Source: Felis catus (lineage: Eukaryota). From it: DNA of 64,000 bases. Positions within the stretch are counted from its first letter, which is position 1. Every line of letters begins with the position of its first letter. Shown piece after piece: positions 24,634 through 43,000 of this stretch. The stretch lies in the NCBI RefSeq assembly GCF_018350175.1, contig NC_058378.1:59458001-59522000 (forward strand), in the 5' to 3' direction. A program made the position numbers and the translations under genes. The notes beneath the pieces were generated by a model. That model saw only the letters and a list, made by a program, of their open reading frames with translations. It had not been told where the DNA came from and made no database searches.

Positions 24634-25435
24634 TACCCTCTTTCCCCACAGCCATGTGTGGTCCGCTTGGTCTAGACTGGCCTTCCCCTGGTCACCAGGG
24701 GGCAGGCTTCTGATTCTATGGAAATGGTGCTGCAGGGTTGGCTCTGCTCCCCATAAAACCATTTGCAGAGGAAACTGGGATCCTCAGGTTCCATCTGACT
24801 GCCCTGAGTGGATACACAGGCCTTTATAACGTTCTCACTACTCACTGATCATGGTGGTATGGGCATGACAAACAAAATTACAACACTTCAAGAATTCATA
24901 CAAAGGTTTCTAGGTTTTTACCTCCTAGCTCTTTTCCTCACTATTCCTCCCCCTTGTTTTGGCTAAGCCTAGAAGATGCTCTCTGTTTATCAGCTCTCTT
25001 GCTCATCCCCAAAAGCTTTTCAGTCCCGTCCCTCCCCCCAACAAAGGGACAACATGAATTCATTTCTGCAGAGGGGCCTGTCTTGGGGAGTAGTTAGTAG
25101 TTAGGACCAGGGCAAGCTTGTTACCAGGGACCTGGCCTAAGAATCAGTCTCCAAGGGTTAGGACTGGATAATCACATGGCCTCTAACACTAACCATCCTG
25201 AAGGGTTGTATGTTCCCCTTCTGGTTTTAGGATAATGAAAAATGGGGCTAGACTTAAAATATACACATATTTTGAAGATCTCAAGTGTAACTTTGGGCAA
25301 GTTTATTAACCTCAGTTTTCTAATCTAAACATTTACACGGATGTAAAGTGACTGTCCTAATGCCAGGTTCGCAGCAGAATCTAAGGTGCTAGCTCTCTCT
25401 AGTTCAATGGTTGCAGAAATAGGACATGGATGGGA

Positions 25436-25660
25436 GGGGCACCTGGGTGGCTCAGCCAATTAAGCATTCACTTTGGCTCAGGTCATGATCTCAGTTTGTG
25501 GGTTTGAGCCCCACATTGGGCTCTGTGTTGACAGCTTAGAGCCTGAAGCCTGCCTTGGATTCTGTGTCTCCCTCTCTCTCTGCCCACCCCCCCCCCCCAC
25601 ACACACTGTCTCTCTCTCAAAAATGAATGTTTAAAAAAAAAAAAAAGAAAGAAAGAACTG
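25436..25660 (+). mobile_element. Felid CanSINE
   Basis: ggggcacctgggtggctcag head, CT tract, A tail. Confidence 0.9.
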
Positions 25661-26022
25661 GGACATCAGAGATTCCTCAGAAGCCAGTCTTGAAACCCCA
25701 CACCTGGATTTGAGATTACTATTATCAGTCTGGATTACAGAGAAATAAAAGCCTATAAAATCCTTGAAGAATCAGGTTTCAAGGATGTCAACTGGGCGAT
25801 AATTAGGAGACTTAACAAAGTCACTGCCCCGCCTCCTATGCAACGAAGACAAGCAGCTCTTCTTTATCCCAAGCAAAAGCTTTGGCGTCAACTTCCCTTT
25901 TGGTGGCCTCCATCTGCCTGCGTGGGCTTGGAATCCCCTGAACCAGAGAGGAAGAAGAGGAAGAACCACCTCCACTGGGGCAAGAGTCCAAAGCCTGGGA
26001 TTGGAGTTGTTGGGGTAACTCT

Positions 26023-27020
<998 letters not shown>

Positions 27021-27470
27021 GTCCTCTTTGAAGGAAGGAGCGGCGAGGAGAGCCTCGAGTTGGGGGCTAGCGCCTTGAGGCCAGGAAGGGCTCAGGCGGC
27101 GGTAGAGATGAGGACGACCAGGAGATCCCCTGGAGGGGCAGGAGTGGTAAAGAGATGATCTAGACAAGGCACAGCGGTGAGGGGCAGTGTGGAGGGTCGT
27201 AGAGGTGAGGTGGCTGCACAGGGCCATGGAGACAGAGAGCCAGATAGAAGCCCACGGACGTGAAAGGGTCCTGTAGATGGCCATAGATGTGAAGTAGCAA
27301 TGAACAGGGGCTGAAGAGGATTCAGAGAGATGTTTATGAGGGAGAAGTTGGAAGAAAGAAACCACCTCCAGTGGGCTCTGTAGAGTGCTGCGCCGAGGAT
27401 CCCTGGGGTCTGACCTAGCGAAGGCCCCCCGAAGGCATTTCAAGTAGTGACTTCCTCGGTTTGACTAGGA

Positions 27471-31333
<3,863 letters not shown>

Positions 31334-34299
31334 AGGCCGTTCAGAGCCGGACACTGAAATGAGCCTGGCCGGACAGGCAGGGGCATAGACTTTTTTAGCC
31401 CTCTGCCAAGACTACCTCTGTCCTGTGGGCCTAAGCTAGGGGTCCTCCACGGAGGGGTCTAACCTAGGGCAGAGTTCCATAGTGAGAGACTTGAGAACTT
31501 CCTGTGTGCCAGGCTTCGTTCTAGGTCCTGGGAATACAGCACTGACAAGACAGATGAGCTCCCTGCCTCCCTAGAACCTGCAGTCTGATAAGCAAGACAA
31601 GAGAAATAATGAACAAACACAAAACGTATTTTTAGACAGTGAGATACACCATGAAGAAAAGAAAACAGGGCAATACGTACAGCCTAGTGTAGATTAAGGT
31701 CGGAACAGATATCTCTAAGCAGAGGACATGGGAGATGGGGCTTAAAGGACTAGGATTGAGCCGTGTGAACATCTGGAGAAAGAGGGATCCAAGCAGAGCG
31801 GAAATGAGATACAGAGGCCCTGAGGTGGGAATGAGCAAATTGAGTTCAAAGCAGTGGGTTCAGGCCCCCTGAACGTAGAAGGGAATAGAGGACTTCTTGC
31901 CAAACTCAAACCTAGGCTTGTGGAGGCAAAGGGTGACATGGTGGGTACCAGACTCCTCTGTTGCCCATTCTGGACCCTGCCATGAGGTGGCACTTCCTAC
32001 CATTGATTGGATCCTAGGTGCTTGACCCTGTAGTATCAGGGTCCCAAAGGTGGAAGCTGGCCAGAGAGCCATGGAAGGAAGCGGAGCCCAGAGTGCCTGC
32101 CACATGGACACAGATTCCATATTCTGTCACCTCAGACCACTGGGGTGGATAGTCATGACTTTTTGTAGAGCCTTTTCTAGTTTTACTGAAAACAGTTTTT
32201 CCATGGCCTTGGTTTCTGTGTTTTTTTCTTATTTGTCCACCAGGTGTCTCCCCAGTCTAGAACTGGATTTTCCTCTTGTTTCAATAGGGAGTCTTAGCTG
32301 TGCACTCCCAAGGAAACAGGCATTAAAGGGCCTTCACCCACACAACCCCTTATACCTCTTCTTGGCTTAGGGATGACAGAATGGTGTCTCTTTATCCTTA
32401 TCTTCCCTGAAGATCTCCATGTGATCCCTGGCACAGGTGTGGGTCACTGGGCCACATGTCTAGGCCCTGCCTGACCAGCTGTTCCTCAGTGATAGGAGCC
32501 ACTCACTGACCTGAGTGCGGGTTCCGCATGCTGCCTTCTTATCGGACTCCCCATCCATTTGCCTCATCCTTGTACACTCAGTGTTTGTCTTATGTCAGTA
32601 TGTGTCAGAACTCCTAGGATTCTTTAAAAATGAAGAACCTAGGGCCTACTCCCCTCCCCCCACCAACACACACACACAGATGTTTCTGATTCTAGAGGTT
32701 TGAGAAAAGTTACAGGATTTCTCGTCTTTAACAAGTACTGAAGGGGATTGTCATGTAAGAGACTTGTGAAAAATAGTTCTAAATGATGGCACTTTTCCAT
32801 CTCACTTCCTCTGATACCCTTAAGCCCTATTTTCCCTTTAGATTTGCATGCAAGAGTGGTCAGAATGCCAGGTGTCCTGAGGGAGCTGGGGAGAAGCCTT
32901 TTGTAAGGGTAGGCGGAGGTTTCCTGCTCCCTCCAGGCAGGGCTGCCTTATCAGGTTCCCGCAGTCCACCTAAGCGGGCTTCTGGGGCCCTGTGGAAGGC
33001 TCTGGGCTCTCTGGTCTGTTGGGTGTGAGAACTATGGCTACAGCTGACTCCTGAAATAGACCGTGGAACAAAGCTGTTCTCTGGGGAAGAACCTGTGGGG
33101 GAGGGAGGGGGTAGTTCCTCCAGGGCCTCCCTTCTTGGGGGTCTCCCAGACTGGCTGGAGCCAGGCCTCCTAATCCCGCAGTAATCATTCCCAGCCGCCG
33201 GCTGGTCTAGGCCTCATCCAGGGTCTATAACAACGTCAGCCATGCCTTCCAGATGCACACCACCAGGTCAGTCCTACCTCTAAGGATGTGGGTTCTACAT
33301 CCCACATTCTGATCTACTGGGAACTCCCGGTGAGTTCTCAGGAAATCTCTGAGGTCCCTGTGAATTGGTGATAGAGGGACAGACACACACTTGCCTGTTT
33401 GTCTTGCCCCACCCTCCTAGCAGACTCCCTGCCCGGCACAATCGAGAATAATGATGGGGGGCAGGGGAAGCTAATGCTCCCCCAGCCCTCCCCCTACACA
33501 AACACATTCCATTGCACCCCTGTCTTAAACTCCTCACATCAAGATTAGCCCAAAGTATGTTCAAGAGTCCCAGGAGCCTAGAAAGCAGTGGGGGAATCCC
33601 TGGGAGCCACCGTCCCTGTACCCAACCAGAGCAGATTAAGTCCAATTACCCTGGTTCTGCCTATGTCCAATTGGATATTAAGAATCTCCTTGAGCATTCA
33701 GGAAGGGCCTGGCCAAGCAGGGTCCAGCTGGATCTGCAGCTCTCTCAGATTCCGGGTCACATTTGTCTGTGAGGGGGGCAGCTTCAGTCCTCCAGCAGCT
33801 TCGTTACTGCAGATGGGTTTGAGAAGGGACTAAATTCACTGCACTCCCGCTGCCCAAGTATTCAGGCTGCGAGTGTGGCCCAGATACCTATAGACCTCGC
33901 AGTCTGTGCCTTCCCACAGGCCGCCTCCGGTGCCATGGAGGGAGGGAGCCCTAGGTGCCTCCCTGCAATACAAGGCAACTTCCTGTTTGTGCCTGTGGGT
34001 GGAACTTTATGAGTCTAAGGGAAGCCTGGCCCCTGCTCTGTGGGGGGCCAGAACTGGCAAGCACACTCACCTGGGCAGACACCTACTCCAGGGGAGGGGG
34101 AAGGTAGTGGTGCTAGGGCAGCTCTGACCCGAGGGTGGGGCGGGGTCTGTTTTGGTGAAACCTGAGCCTTCTTTGTCTGCTTCCTAGGGGTTTTCCCGGT
34201 GCCTAGGGAAGGAGCCGAGAGTGGACTTGGTTTGGCTCCCCACCGGGTCGGGCAGGTGGCAGTAAAGCCCTATCGCCAACTTGGTTAGGGCACCCAGGT

Positions 34300-35200
34300 A
34301 GTTTAGCTCTCGGTCACGTGCTGCTCGGCCCTTTCCCAGGTCGCAAGCCAAATCCAGAAGGCTGTGAAGTCGGAGGCCAGCGGAGCAGCCTCAGGCCACC
34401 GTTGAGCTACTGCTGGGCTGGATACCGGGTCGGCTGCTGAGGGGGTGCTGGGCAGACCACTCCCCTCCTGGGCCGGGGGCGCGGCCTCAGCCGCCCCGCC
34501 CCGCCCCGCTCCACCAGGCCCGGCCAGGCGGGCGCCCGGAGTCCGGAGCCCGGAGCTGGCTGGGAGCCGGCGGATCTGCGGCGAGGAGGTGCCCGCGCTG
34601 GAGCAGGAGCTGGGCGGGAGCTGGAGCGGCGGCGCAGGTGGCGCTGGGTGAGTGGTGGGGACACGGAGGTGTCGGAACTCCAGCCTTCCACACATCCCGG
34701 CTCCGGAGCGAACTTTCCCGATCTGGGGAAGCCGGGGACTGGAGTGAGAAAGGGGTCCCCACTCTGGGCGACGGGGGCGGGGCGCAGGCGAGGAGTCTGA
34801 ACAGGGAACCGACACAAACTCACACCAGCGGGCACACACACGCGCGCACACAGACCCACGCACTTGGGACACACGAACACACGTGCATTCAGGAAAGGAC
34901 GCGCCCCATAGATTACCCCTGCAGTCCCTGGAGCAGCGCCACTGGCCCGCACGGACCCCCAGCGGACAGAGCGCTCTGCTGTCGCGCACTTGACGGGGGT
35001 TGGAGATAAAGGGCTGCCCTGTGACCGCCGACGGGGGCGGGCCGGGTGGGACACCTCCCGAGGTTCCTGCTTCCTGGCCGCCCACAGGTGAAGACTTAGA
35101 CGTAAACAGGCGCCCAGCACGTGATCGCTTCGCAGACAAGTGGGCTGTGCTCCCCCACCCGCGCATCAGGGCGAGGACCTCCCTCCCCAGTCCTGGGCGA
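34300..35200 (+). promoter_or_regulatory. LZTS2: LZTS2 distal CpG-island promoter / non-coding first exon (donor TGG|GTGAGT after 34647)
   Basis: CpG-rich, GC boxes, E-box cacgtg, strong donor. Confidence 0.65.
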
Positions 35201-36699
35201 GTCTGCAAGGTCTCCAGCCGAGCAGTATTCCATTCTCCTTCCAGAGAAGTGTTAAACCTTCCCACAGAAGTGGGAACAGAACGCCCCCTGGAGTCCGGGT
35301 AGCGCAGGACTGGAGACTTGCACTGGGTGGGGTGACCTGGGCTCCTCTCCTTCCTTCACCCGAGCATGTTCGTGGTGCCCTCATCCCTGAAGGTATCGAA
35401 GAAGGGAGTTATTTTTGATGGCAGTGTACAGCAGCCCCTGCCCCATACCTCCAGTCCAGGGAGCAGCTGCCTGAGCCTTAGTGGGTCCCCTTCCTACCAC
35501 TCCCCTCCTTGCACAACTGGGAGCTCTTCCCCCCAATGTAGGAGCAGAAAGCCCACTCCTGCGAGGGTGGGAGCCCTTTCCCGGACAATGCATGAGGGTA
35601 AATGTCCCTAAATACAAGAGTGGGCCTATCTCCCTCCCCTAGAAGGGAGGATGAGCCCCCTCCCTCAGGGAATGAGGGAGTGGGCAGCGGCCTTCTGCCT
35701 CCCTCACCGCCCCACCCTCCACCCCTACACACATGCTGAGCCCAGCTGCTGCCTGAGCTTCTGGGCTGGCTGCCAGAAAGGGGAGGAGGCTCCTGGTGCC
35801 CCAAGAGGCTGGGATCAGGGCAAGGCCAGGGGAGGGGGTCTCTATTGGGGAAGGGGGGGCTCAGTCTGTTCTTGTAAGGCTCAGGGTCTGGGATGAGCCT
35901 GAGGGTAGTTGGGTTATGTCTCCCTTTCCAGGGAAAAAGAAAGAAAAACAACCCTTTCCATAGAGCTAAAAATAGAGCTGAGAGCTGGCCAGGGCTGTGG
36001 CCTGGAAGGGGGGGATGCTCCTTCCTGGGGCAGAGGAGCTCTGGCAGGCCTTGGCCTTGGGGGTGGGGTTGCAAGTAGGGGGTGGGAAGCTGTTCTTGCC
36101 CAGGGGTGTGGGCATCAGCTGACCTGACTGGGGCACAGAGACCCTTCGGGGAAAGTCTGTGTGGTAGAATGTTTGTGAAACTCACTGTTTATGAAAGTTG
36201 TCTGACTGTGAATGAGACCACCAATGTGTGAAAGATGCTTAGGAGAGGAAGCCTATTTAAGATCCTGAGTCGGTAGTAAGGACTTTGAGTTGTTGTGAAA
36301 GACTGTGCACAACAAGGTTTGTGACACGGAGTATGTCTGTGTGTGCGGTGGCCTGAAAGATTATGGAAAGGAGCGTGGAACCACGTGATGGATGAGACTG
36401 TGTGATTGTGGCTGCGTGGGACTGACTGCATGTGGGAAAGGTCGTGTGGGTGTTATGAAGACTGTGGTGTTTGCCAGAAGGTGAGAATATCTGCGACCCT
36501 GAGAAGGCAGAGGAATGTTGTCAGCTGTGAGACTGGTGTAGGTTTGGACCGGCTCACCGCAGTGATTGTTGGGGGACCAGGGGCTGCGCCTCTCTCCCAG
36601 CAATGACCTCCTTCTTACATGATTCTGAGGGAAGGTTGGGGAGCAGAGAGCCGCGCCTGAGACAGGCCTGGGCTCGCGCAGGAGAGGGTACAGGGCCGG

Positions 36700-37650
36700 G
36701 GAGTTGTGTAGAGGCCCCCAAGGTGGAGGGCGAGGGGGTGACTGAGTGTATTCACCGAATGCGCCGCCAGGTGGCGCCGCCTCCGCAAGTCCAAATATTC
36801 CTCCACCAACCGCTGGGGGTGGGGGGCAGGCCCGGCGCGAGCCTCGGCCCCCGACTCATCCTGGGGCGCAGGGTCCCGGTAGCAGGGGTTGGGGCGGGGG
36901 AGGGGCAGCCGACTCTCGGCGTCTCGCTCTGGACTCCGAAGCCCGAGAGTGTGTCTAGCGGGGGAGGCTTCGACCGAAGAAGCGGAGGGGGAAGGGCGGC
37001 CGCCTTGGCGCCCGGCCCTTTGTGCTCGAACAATGACCAGCTGCTGCTGGCCCCGGGGCCCGGGTAGGGGTAGTAGAGGGTGACCCGCGGCCGCGGCCGA
37101 GTCCTGAGCCGACCGGCTCTCGGAGCGGGGGCGCGGGGGGACGGGGATCCTGGGTCCCCCGGCGCAGCCCCCGCGAGCGCCTGGTCGGCCTCGCGTGACG
37201 CGGGGTGCCTGCGCGTGTCCGCGCCCGGGGCGGGGACGCCCCTCCGACCCCTCCCCCGCGCTGCGCCGCCCACTCGGGCCGGCCGGGGGCCGGCCGGGCT
37301 AGGGGCGCCGCGGAGGCGGGGCCGGGCCGGGCGGCTCCGAGTGGCCGCGCGCGGGCTGGAGCCGGGCGGCGCGCCTGTGGAGCGCTGGGGGCGGCCCGGG
37401 GCTGAGCATGGAGCGGCGCGGCGGAGGTGAGGGGGAGGGGGGGGCCGGGCTGGGAGGCGACCCGGGGGCGCCCCCAACTTGTGCGCGGCGGTGGGCGGGT
37501 GGGGAGGAGGCGTCCCCCAGCCGCCCGCACTTAATAGAGGCGGGGAGGGGGGGGGTGTCGGGGGGGCCCTGGAGGGTGGGTTGGGGGCTCCCGGCTTCCT
37601 ATCGCGGAATGCGAACTCGTGATCCCAGGCTCGATCCCGCTTGACTAGTC
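36700..37650 (+). promoter_or_regulatory. LZTS2: LZTS2 proximal CpG-island promoter / alternative first exon (donor GAG|GTGAGG after 37426)
   Basis: Very CpG-dense block with a strong donor at its 3' side. Confidence 0.65.
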
Positions 37651-40022
37651 CTTGGAGTTTGGTGGGGGGGAGACTTTCCCCAACTCTTCAGCCCCCAGGA
37701 CAGGTCTGCGGGAGTTGGGCTTAGCCAGATCTGCCCGGGGCCCTGGCCGAAGCCAGCACCCGGCTGCCCCCGGCCCACGAAGGGGGTGTGCGTGCGCTGT
37801 GCCAGAGTGATTACTCAAGGAGTGCTGGGAGAGCCAGGGGTTCTCTTTCCCACAGACACAACGCGTTTCTCAAAATGGAGCCTCCACTTGCCCCTCCTCT
37901 CTCGGGCTCCCGCTCTTGGAGCCCGGCTGGCTGGGCCTGGCTTTCCAGAGGCCTGGCTCTGGCTCCTTGGGCGTCTGGCTCTCGGGGCCCAGCTTCCATG
38001 TCTCTTCTGGGTTTAGGGGCCCCTGGCTCTGTGGGGTTCAGGTCCCTGGGCTCACTGGTTCAGCCTGTCTCCCTGTCTGCCTGACCCTGGGGTCTCTCTT
38101 GAGTCTTTGTCTCTGGTCGTTTGGGCCCCTGTCTTTCTCTGAGTCCGCCTGTCTCCTCCCCTTACTTCTCACTTTCTCAGTGCTCGCTGAAGTGGGCAAA
38201 TGCAGACAGCGGTGCCAGCCTCCACTGCCCCCTAAGAAGCCCCTAACCCCACAGCTTTCTCCATGCCCTGGAGTGGTGGGGGAGAGGGCAGAGAGGCGGT
38301 GCCCCGGCTGCCTGGCTCGGGGCTGGCACTTGCCGATGGGCTCAGCGCACCCCCACCCCACCCCCAACCCCCGCTTCCAGGCTCAATCTGGATACCTTCC
38401 CGGTTCTCATGGTCTCCTGACTTGAGTGGGGAGTGGAGGGGGAGCCTCGTGCGATACAAGCAAGAAAGAAGGGGAACGGACCCGGCAAAGGAGTCAGATA
38501 ATGTGTCTGTCCTTTCCCCACACTCGAATGAGTGACAGAAACCAGGCTCCTGCTCACCTAGGTGGCCCTGCTTGCCACCCAGGCTCCCAGCCACTCTCAC
38601 ACATGCTCTGCGCGCACACTGCTCGGCACCCGCTTGTGCACACTCACTTCCCTGTTCGTATGCAGTTTCCACGTAAACTCACGTACATGTGAATGGACAT
38701 CTATCCAGAGATGTTCTCTTCTCTCAGTCACGTTCATACAGCACAAATTTACTTACTACATATGCAGTTACCACTTTTCCGTATTTCCTAAGAGTGATCC
38801 GGAGGCACGCACACACTCGTGCACATACGAACTCACACATACGAATATATGAATGGACTCATACCTCTAGTCAAACATACATACACTCAGATGCACTCGC
38901 GTTTTCACACATTTTCACATACACGCGAAGTAAGTTCATTTCCATGCGCCTGTGCACAGCCCGACACACACCGATGAGTACAAACGCACACTCCTGTTCC
39001 GACTCGATTCCGTCCACTTCTTGGCCCTCGCTCTGCGTGATGATTTCAGCAGATGCCTGAGTCCTGGTCTTCGGCCTCGGGACTGGGGAGGGAGTTCCGG
39101 GCGGAGACTTGCTGTCCGCTTCCAGGAAGGAGCAGAGCCTGGGGAGGTGGAGCCCTCTTCCCTGGATTCCAGGGAAATGAGATCTTAGAGCAGCTGCCAA
39201 AGGTGATGGTGGGGCTTCTACCCTCATCCCGTCCGGGTTACTCTGGGGAATGTCTAAAGCCGCGTGGTTTCTTAGAGGTTGGTGGCATGCCTGTGTAGGC
39301 TCCTTTAGGCCTGATTGATTGGGTATGGTGAGGCCGGGAATTGTCATGGAAACACGCATGAGCCTGTATCCACCTCTGGAAGGCGGGAGACCCCAGAGGG
39401 CACCTGTGGGCTCCCTAAAAGCTCTGGGTTTCTTGTTCGGTCAGCTCCACCCTTGCTGCCTCTCTGGGAGAAACTGAGGCCCAGCTGGGGGAGGCTGGGC
39501 ACTGCCTGGCCTTGGCTCTTTATTCCCTAATTGCCATCTGAGTTGCTGCTGACTCTGTCCCTGAGGTTGCCTGTGCCCAAACTGCCCTCTAATGAGGCCA
39601 CCTGTCCTAGGGGACCAGGAACATGTGCTGGGAGCTGGCAGAGAGCTCCCTCCTAAACTTGAGTCCTAGCCTCCATGAGGGATGCAGGTTCAGGCTGGGG
39701 CCTGGGCCTCTGCTGTTAAGGGCCCTGCGTAACCACCAGGCCTCACATCCCATCATCATCTTTGCTTGTAGAGTCAGTCGTTAGCCCTGTTCAGACCAGA
39801 GTTGGGCAGTGGCCTGGGTCCCAGGAAGAAGTCAGGTTCGTGCTAGTGCTTGGAGGGGGAAGTTGCGGGCAGTCAGGGGGCTGTTTGTCCTGGGACGCGG
39901 GGTCAGGAGAGGGACTCAGGGACTCGGATAGGGAGGGACCTCAAGGTGAAGGGACTCTTACACCCCTGCCCTGCTCACAGGTTCCCCTGGAGGCCCTTGG
40001 CCAGGCCTGAGCCCCTGTCGCC

Positions 40023-43000
40023 ATGGCCATTGTGCAGACTCTGCCAGTGCCACTGGAGCCCACTCCTGAGGCCACCACTGCCCCACAACCTCCAGCCATG
40101 GGCAGCGTGAGCAGCCTCATCTCAGGCCGGNNNNNNNNNNNNNNNNNNNNNNNNNNNNNNNNNNNNNNNNNNNNNNNNNNNNNNNNNNNNNNNNNNNNNN
40201 NNNNNNNNNNNNNNNNNNNNNNNNNNNNNNNNNNNNNNNNNNNNNNNNNNNNNNNNNNNNNNNNNNNNNNNNNNNNNNCCAGCTTCACCTACATCAACGA
40301 GGACTTCCGGACAGAGTCACCCCCCAGCCCGAGCAGTGACCTTGAGGATGCCCGAGAGCAGCGGGCACGCAACGCCCATCTCCGCGGCCCCCCACCCAAG
40401 CTCATCCCTGTCTCTGGAAAGCTGGAGAAGGTGAGGACCAGCCCTTCCTTTGGGGCCTGGGTGGAATCAGGAGCCCCTGAAGAAGCCGGAATTTGAGGGT
40501 CGATTCAGAGGAAAGAATGTGGGCTCCCGATTCACCAGACCTGGGTTCTAATCCCAGCTCTGCCTCCTTCTAGCTGCATGACCTTAGGAAAATCACTTAA
40601 CCTTTCTGAGCCAAAGTTTCTGCACCTGTAAAATGGAGGTAATAGGTTAGCTCTCCTGTGATCGTTGTGAGCATTCGATCAAATAACGTACGTAAGGGTT
40701 TAGCCTAGTACCTGTCACCTAACGTACTCAATAAATGTCAGCTGCTCAAATTACTGTTACTGCACAACACCTACATGTCTGACGTTGAACGAGGTCTTTG
40801 ACTTTGCTGAGCCTCCGTTTCCTCATCTGTAATATGGGGATACTGATGATATTTTACTTGTATGGCTGTTGTAATGATTAGAGATGAACCTTTTAAATTG
40901 CTTGATGTAGAGGACATCAGGAGGCCCTCAGCCGGTGGTAGCATTTATTATTAACATGTGGGGACCGGGACCCCAGATGGGAGGGCAGGGAGTATGATAA
41001 GGGCTTTGAAAGATTGGGCAGCTGATCCCCAGTGTCCCATGGCACCTCATTTCAGAACATGGAGAAAATCCTGATCCGCCCAACAGCCTTCAAGCCAGTG
41101 CTGCCCAAACCTCGAGGGGCACCATCCCTACCTAGCTTCCTGGGTCCTCGGGCCGCCGGACTGTCTGGGAGCCAGGGCAGCCTAACACAGCTGTTTGGGG
41201 GCCCTGCCTCGTCCTCCTCTTCCTCCTCCTCCTCGGCTGCTGACAAACCCCTGGCACTGAGTGGCTGGGCCAGTGGCTGCCCGTCGGGGACACTGTCTGA
41301 CTCCGGCCGAAATTCACTGTCCAGCCTGCCCACCTACAGCACCGGGGGTGCAGAGCCAGCCAACGGCTCCCCAGGCGGGCACCTGCCCTCCCACGGCCCC
41401 GGGCGGGGGGCACTGCCGGGTCCAGCCCGAGGGGCCCCTACTGGGCCCTCCCACTCGGACAGTGGTCGGTCTTCCTCCAGCAAGAGCACAGGCTCCCTGG
41501 GAGGCCGTGTGGCTGGGGGGCTCTTGGGCAGCGGTGCCCGGGCCTCCCCTGACAGCGGCTCCTGTGGGGAGCGCTCTCCGCCCCCGCCCCCACCCCCGCC
41601 ACCCCCTTCGGATGAGGCCCTGCTGCACTGTGTCCTGGAAGGAAAGCTCCGAGACCGTGAGGCAGAGCTGCAGCAGCTGCGGGACAGTCTGGACGAGAGT
41701 GAGGTGACCATGTGTCAGGTGTGGTCAGCAGCGATAATGGGGGTGGCATGGCAGGACATCCAGAGGTGCTGGGGAGTCCGAGGAGCATTTCTGTTTGTGC
41801 TGGGTGGGGGGGGCGGTTCCCCAGCCCAGCTGTCCGGCGTAACCTGCAGAGTGGTAAGGAATCGAAGCCAGCGCCACCGTCTGCTGTCTTTCAGACTTGA
41901 GCAAGATACTTAATGGTACTGAGCCTCGGTTTCCTCATCTATAAATGGAGATATTTATCATGAGGATGAAGTAAGGCAAAGGCTGTAAAGTGCTTAGAAT
42001 AAACGCCTGGCACCTAGAAACTCCTACGGAAGCGCTTGCTATTATGGATTGTTTCTAGCGTCCTAAAAGTGGTTGTGATTATTGTCGCGATCATTATCCC
42101 GGGGCAGCGGAGCCTGCCGTCCCTGAGCCCAGCCACTGGGCCGCCAGAGCAGTCGGTGACCGGGGAGTTGTGGGCGGGCGGGGCTCGGGGTCGGGGGTGG
42201 GGGAGCCGCCAGGACCCAGGGCCGCCTTGTCGTCCCCAGGCTTACGAGGACCGGCAGCGGCACTGGCCGCGGGAGCGCGAGGCCCTGCGGGAGGACGGCG
42301 CGGCCCAGGCACAGCGGGCACAGCGGGCCCAACAGCTGCTGCAGCTGCAGGTATTCCAGCTGCAGCAGGAGAAGCGGCAGCTGCAGGACGACTTTGCACA
42401 GCTGCTGCAGGAACGGGAGCAGCTGGAGCGGCGCTGCGCCACCTTCGAGCGGGAGCAGCGGGAGCTCGGGCCGAGGCTCGAGGAGACCAAGTGGGAGGTG
42501 GGCCAGACCAGGAGGGGCAGGGAGCGGGGCCTGCTGGGAACAGGAGTCCAGCCACACCCACCCCCTCTGGCCTGCTACTCCTAGAGGACCCCCCCACCCT
42601 CCCCTCTGTGAGATGAAGCTCCCCCTCTGACCTTCCTTTCTGGGTGGGGGTCTCCCTGTGCCACCCTCGTGGGGCTCCTCAGCAGTCGGGTTTAGCGCTC
42701 ACACAGCCAGTGGTGTTCCCACCCGCGGCCTCCCGACCAGTTAAGAATAAGAACGTAGTGCTGCTGTGCGCCGGGCACCGTTCTATGTCATATGGGGGGG
42801 GATCTTCTAATCCTCATAACAGCCCTGCCAGCTGGGTGTTGTTAACATCCCCGTTTGAGGAAACTGAGGCCCAGAAAGGCTGGAGCCCAGGATTACAGCT
42901 AGTCCGTGGCAGGGCTGAGATTTGAACTCAGGCCATCTGGCTCTAGTGTCTATGCTGTTAACCAAGACACCGCGGTGCCTGCCTGTGGAAACGTGGGCAC

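Noticed and set aside
25302-25307. Minus-strand AATAAA as the MRPL43 poly(A) signal
   Set aside because: It lies in a MIR-like relic beyond a SINE, so it cannot be assigned without 3'-end data.
34303-35265. 320-aa minus-strand ORF and other long ORFs over CpG islands (10179-10926, 36752-37530)
   Set aside because: Stop-poor GC-rich sequence, low-complexity Pro/Arg/Gly products and no recognisable domain.
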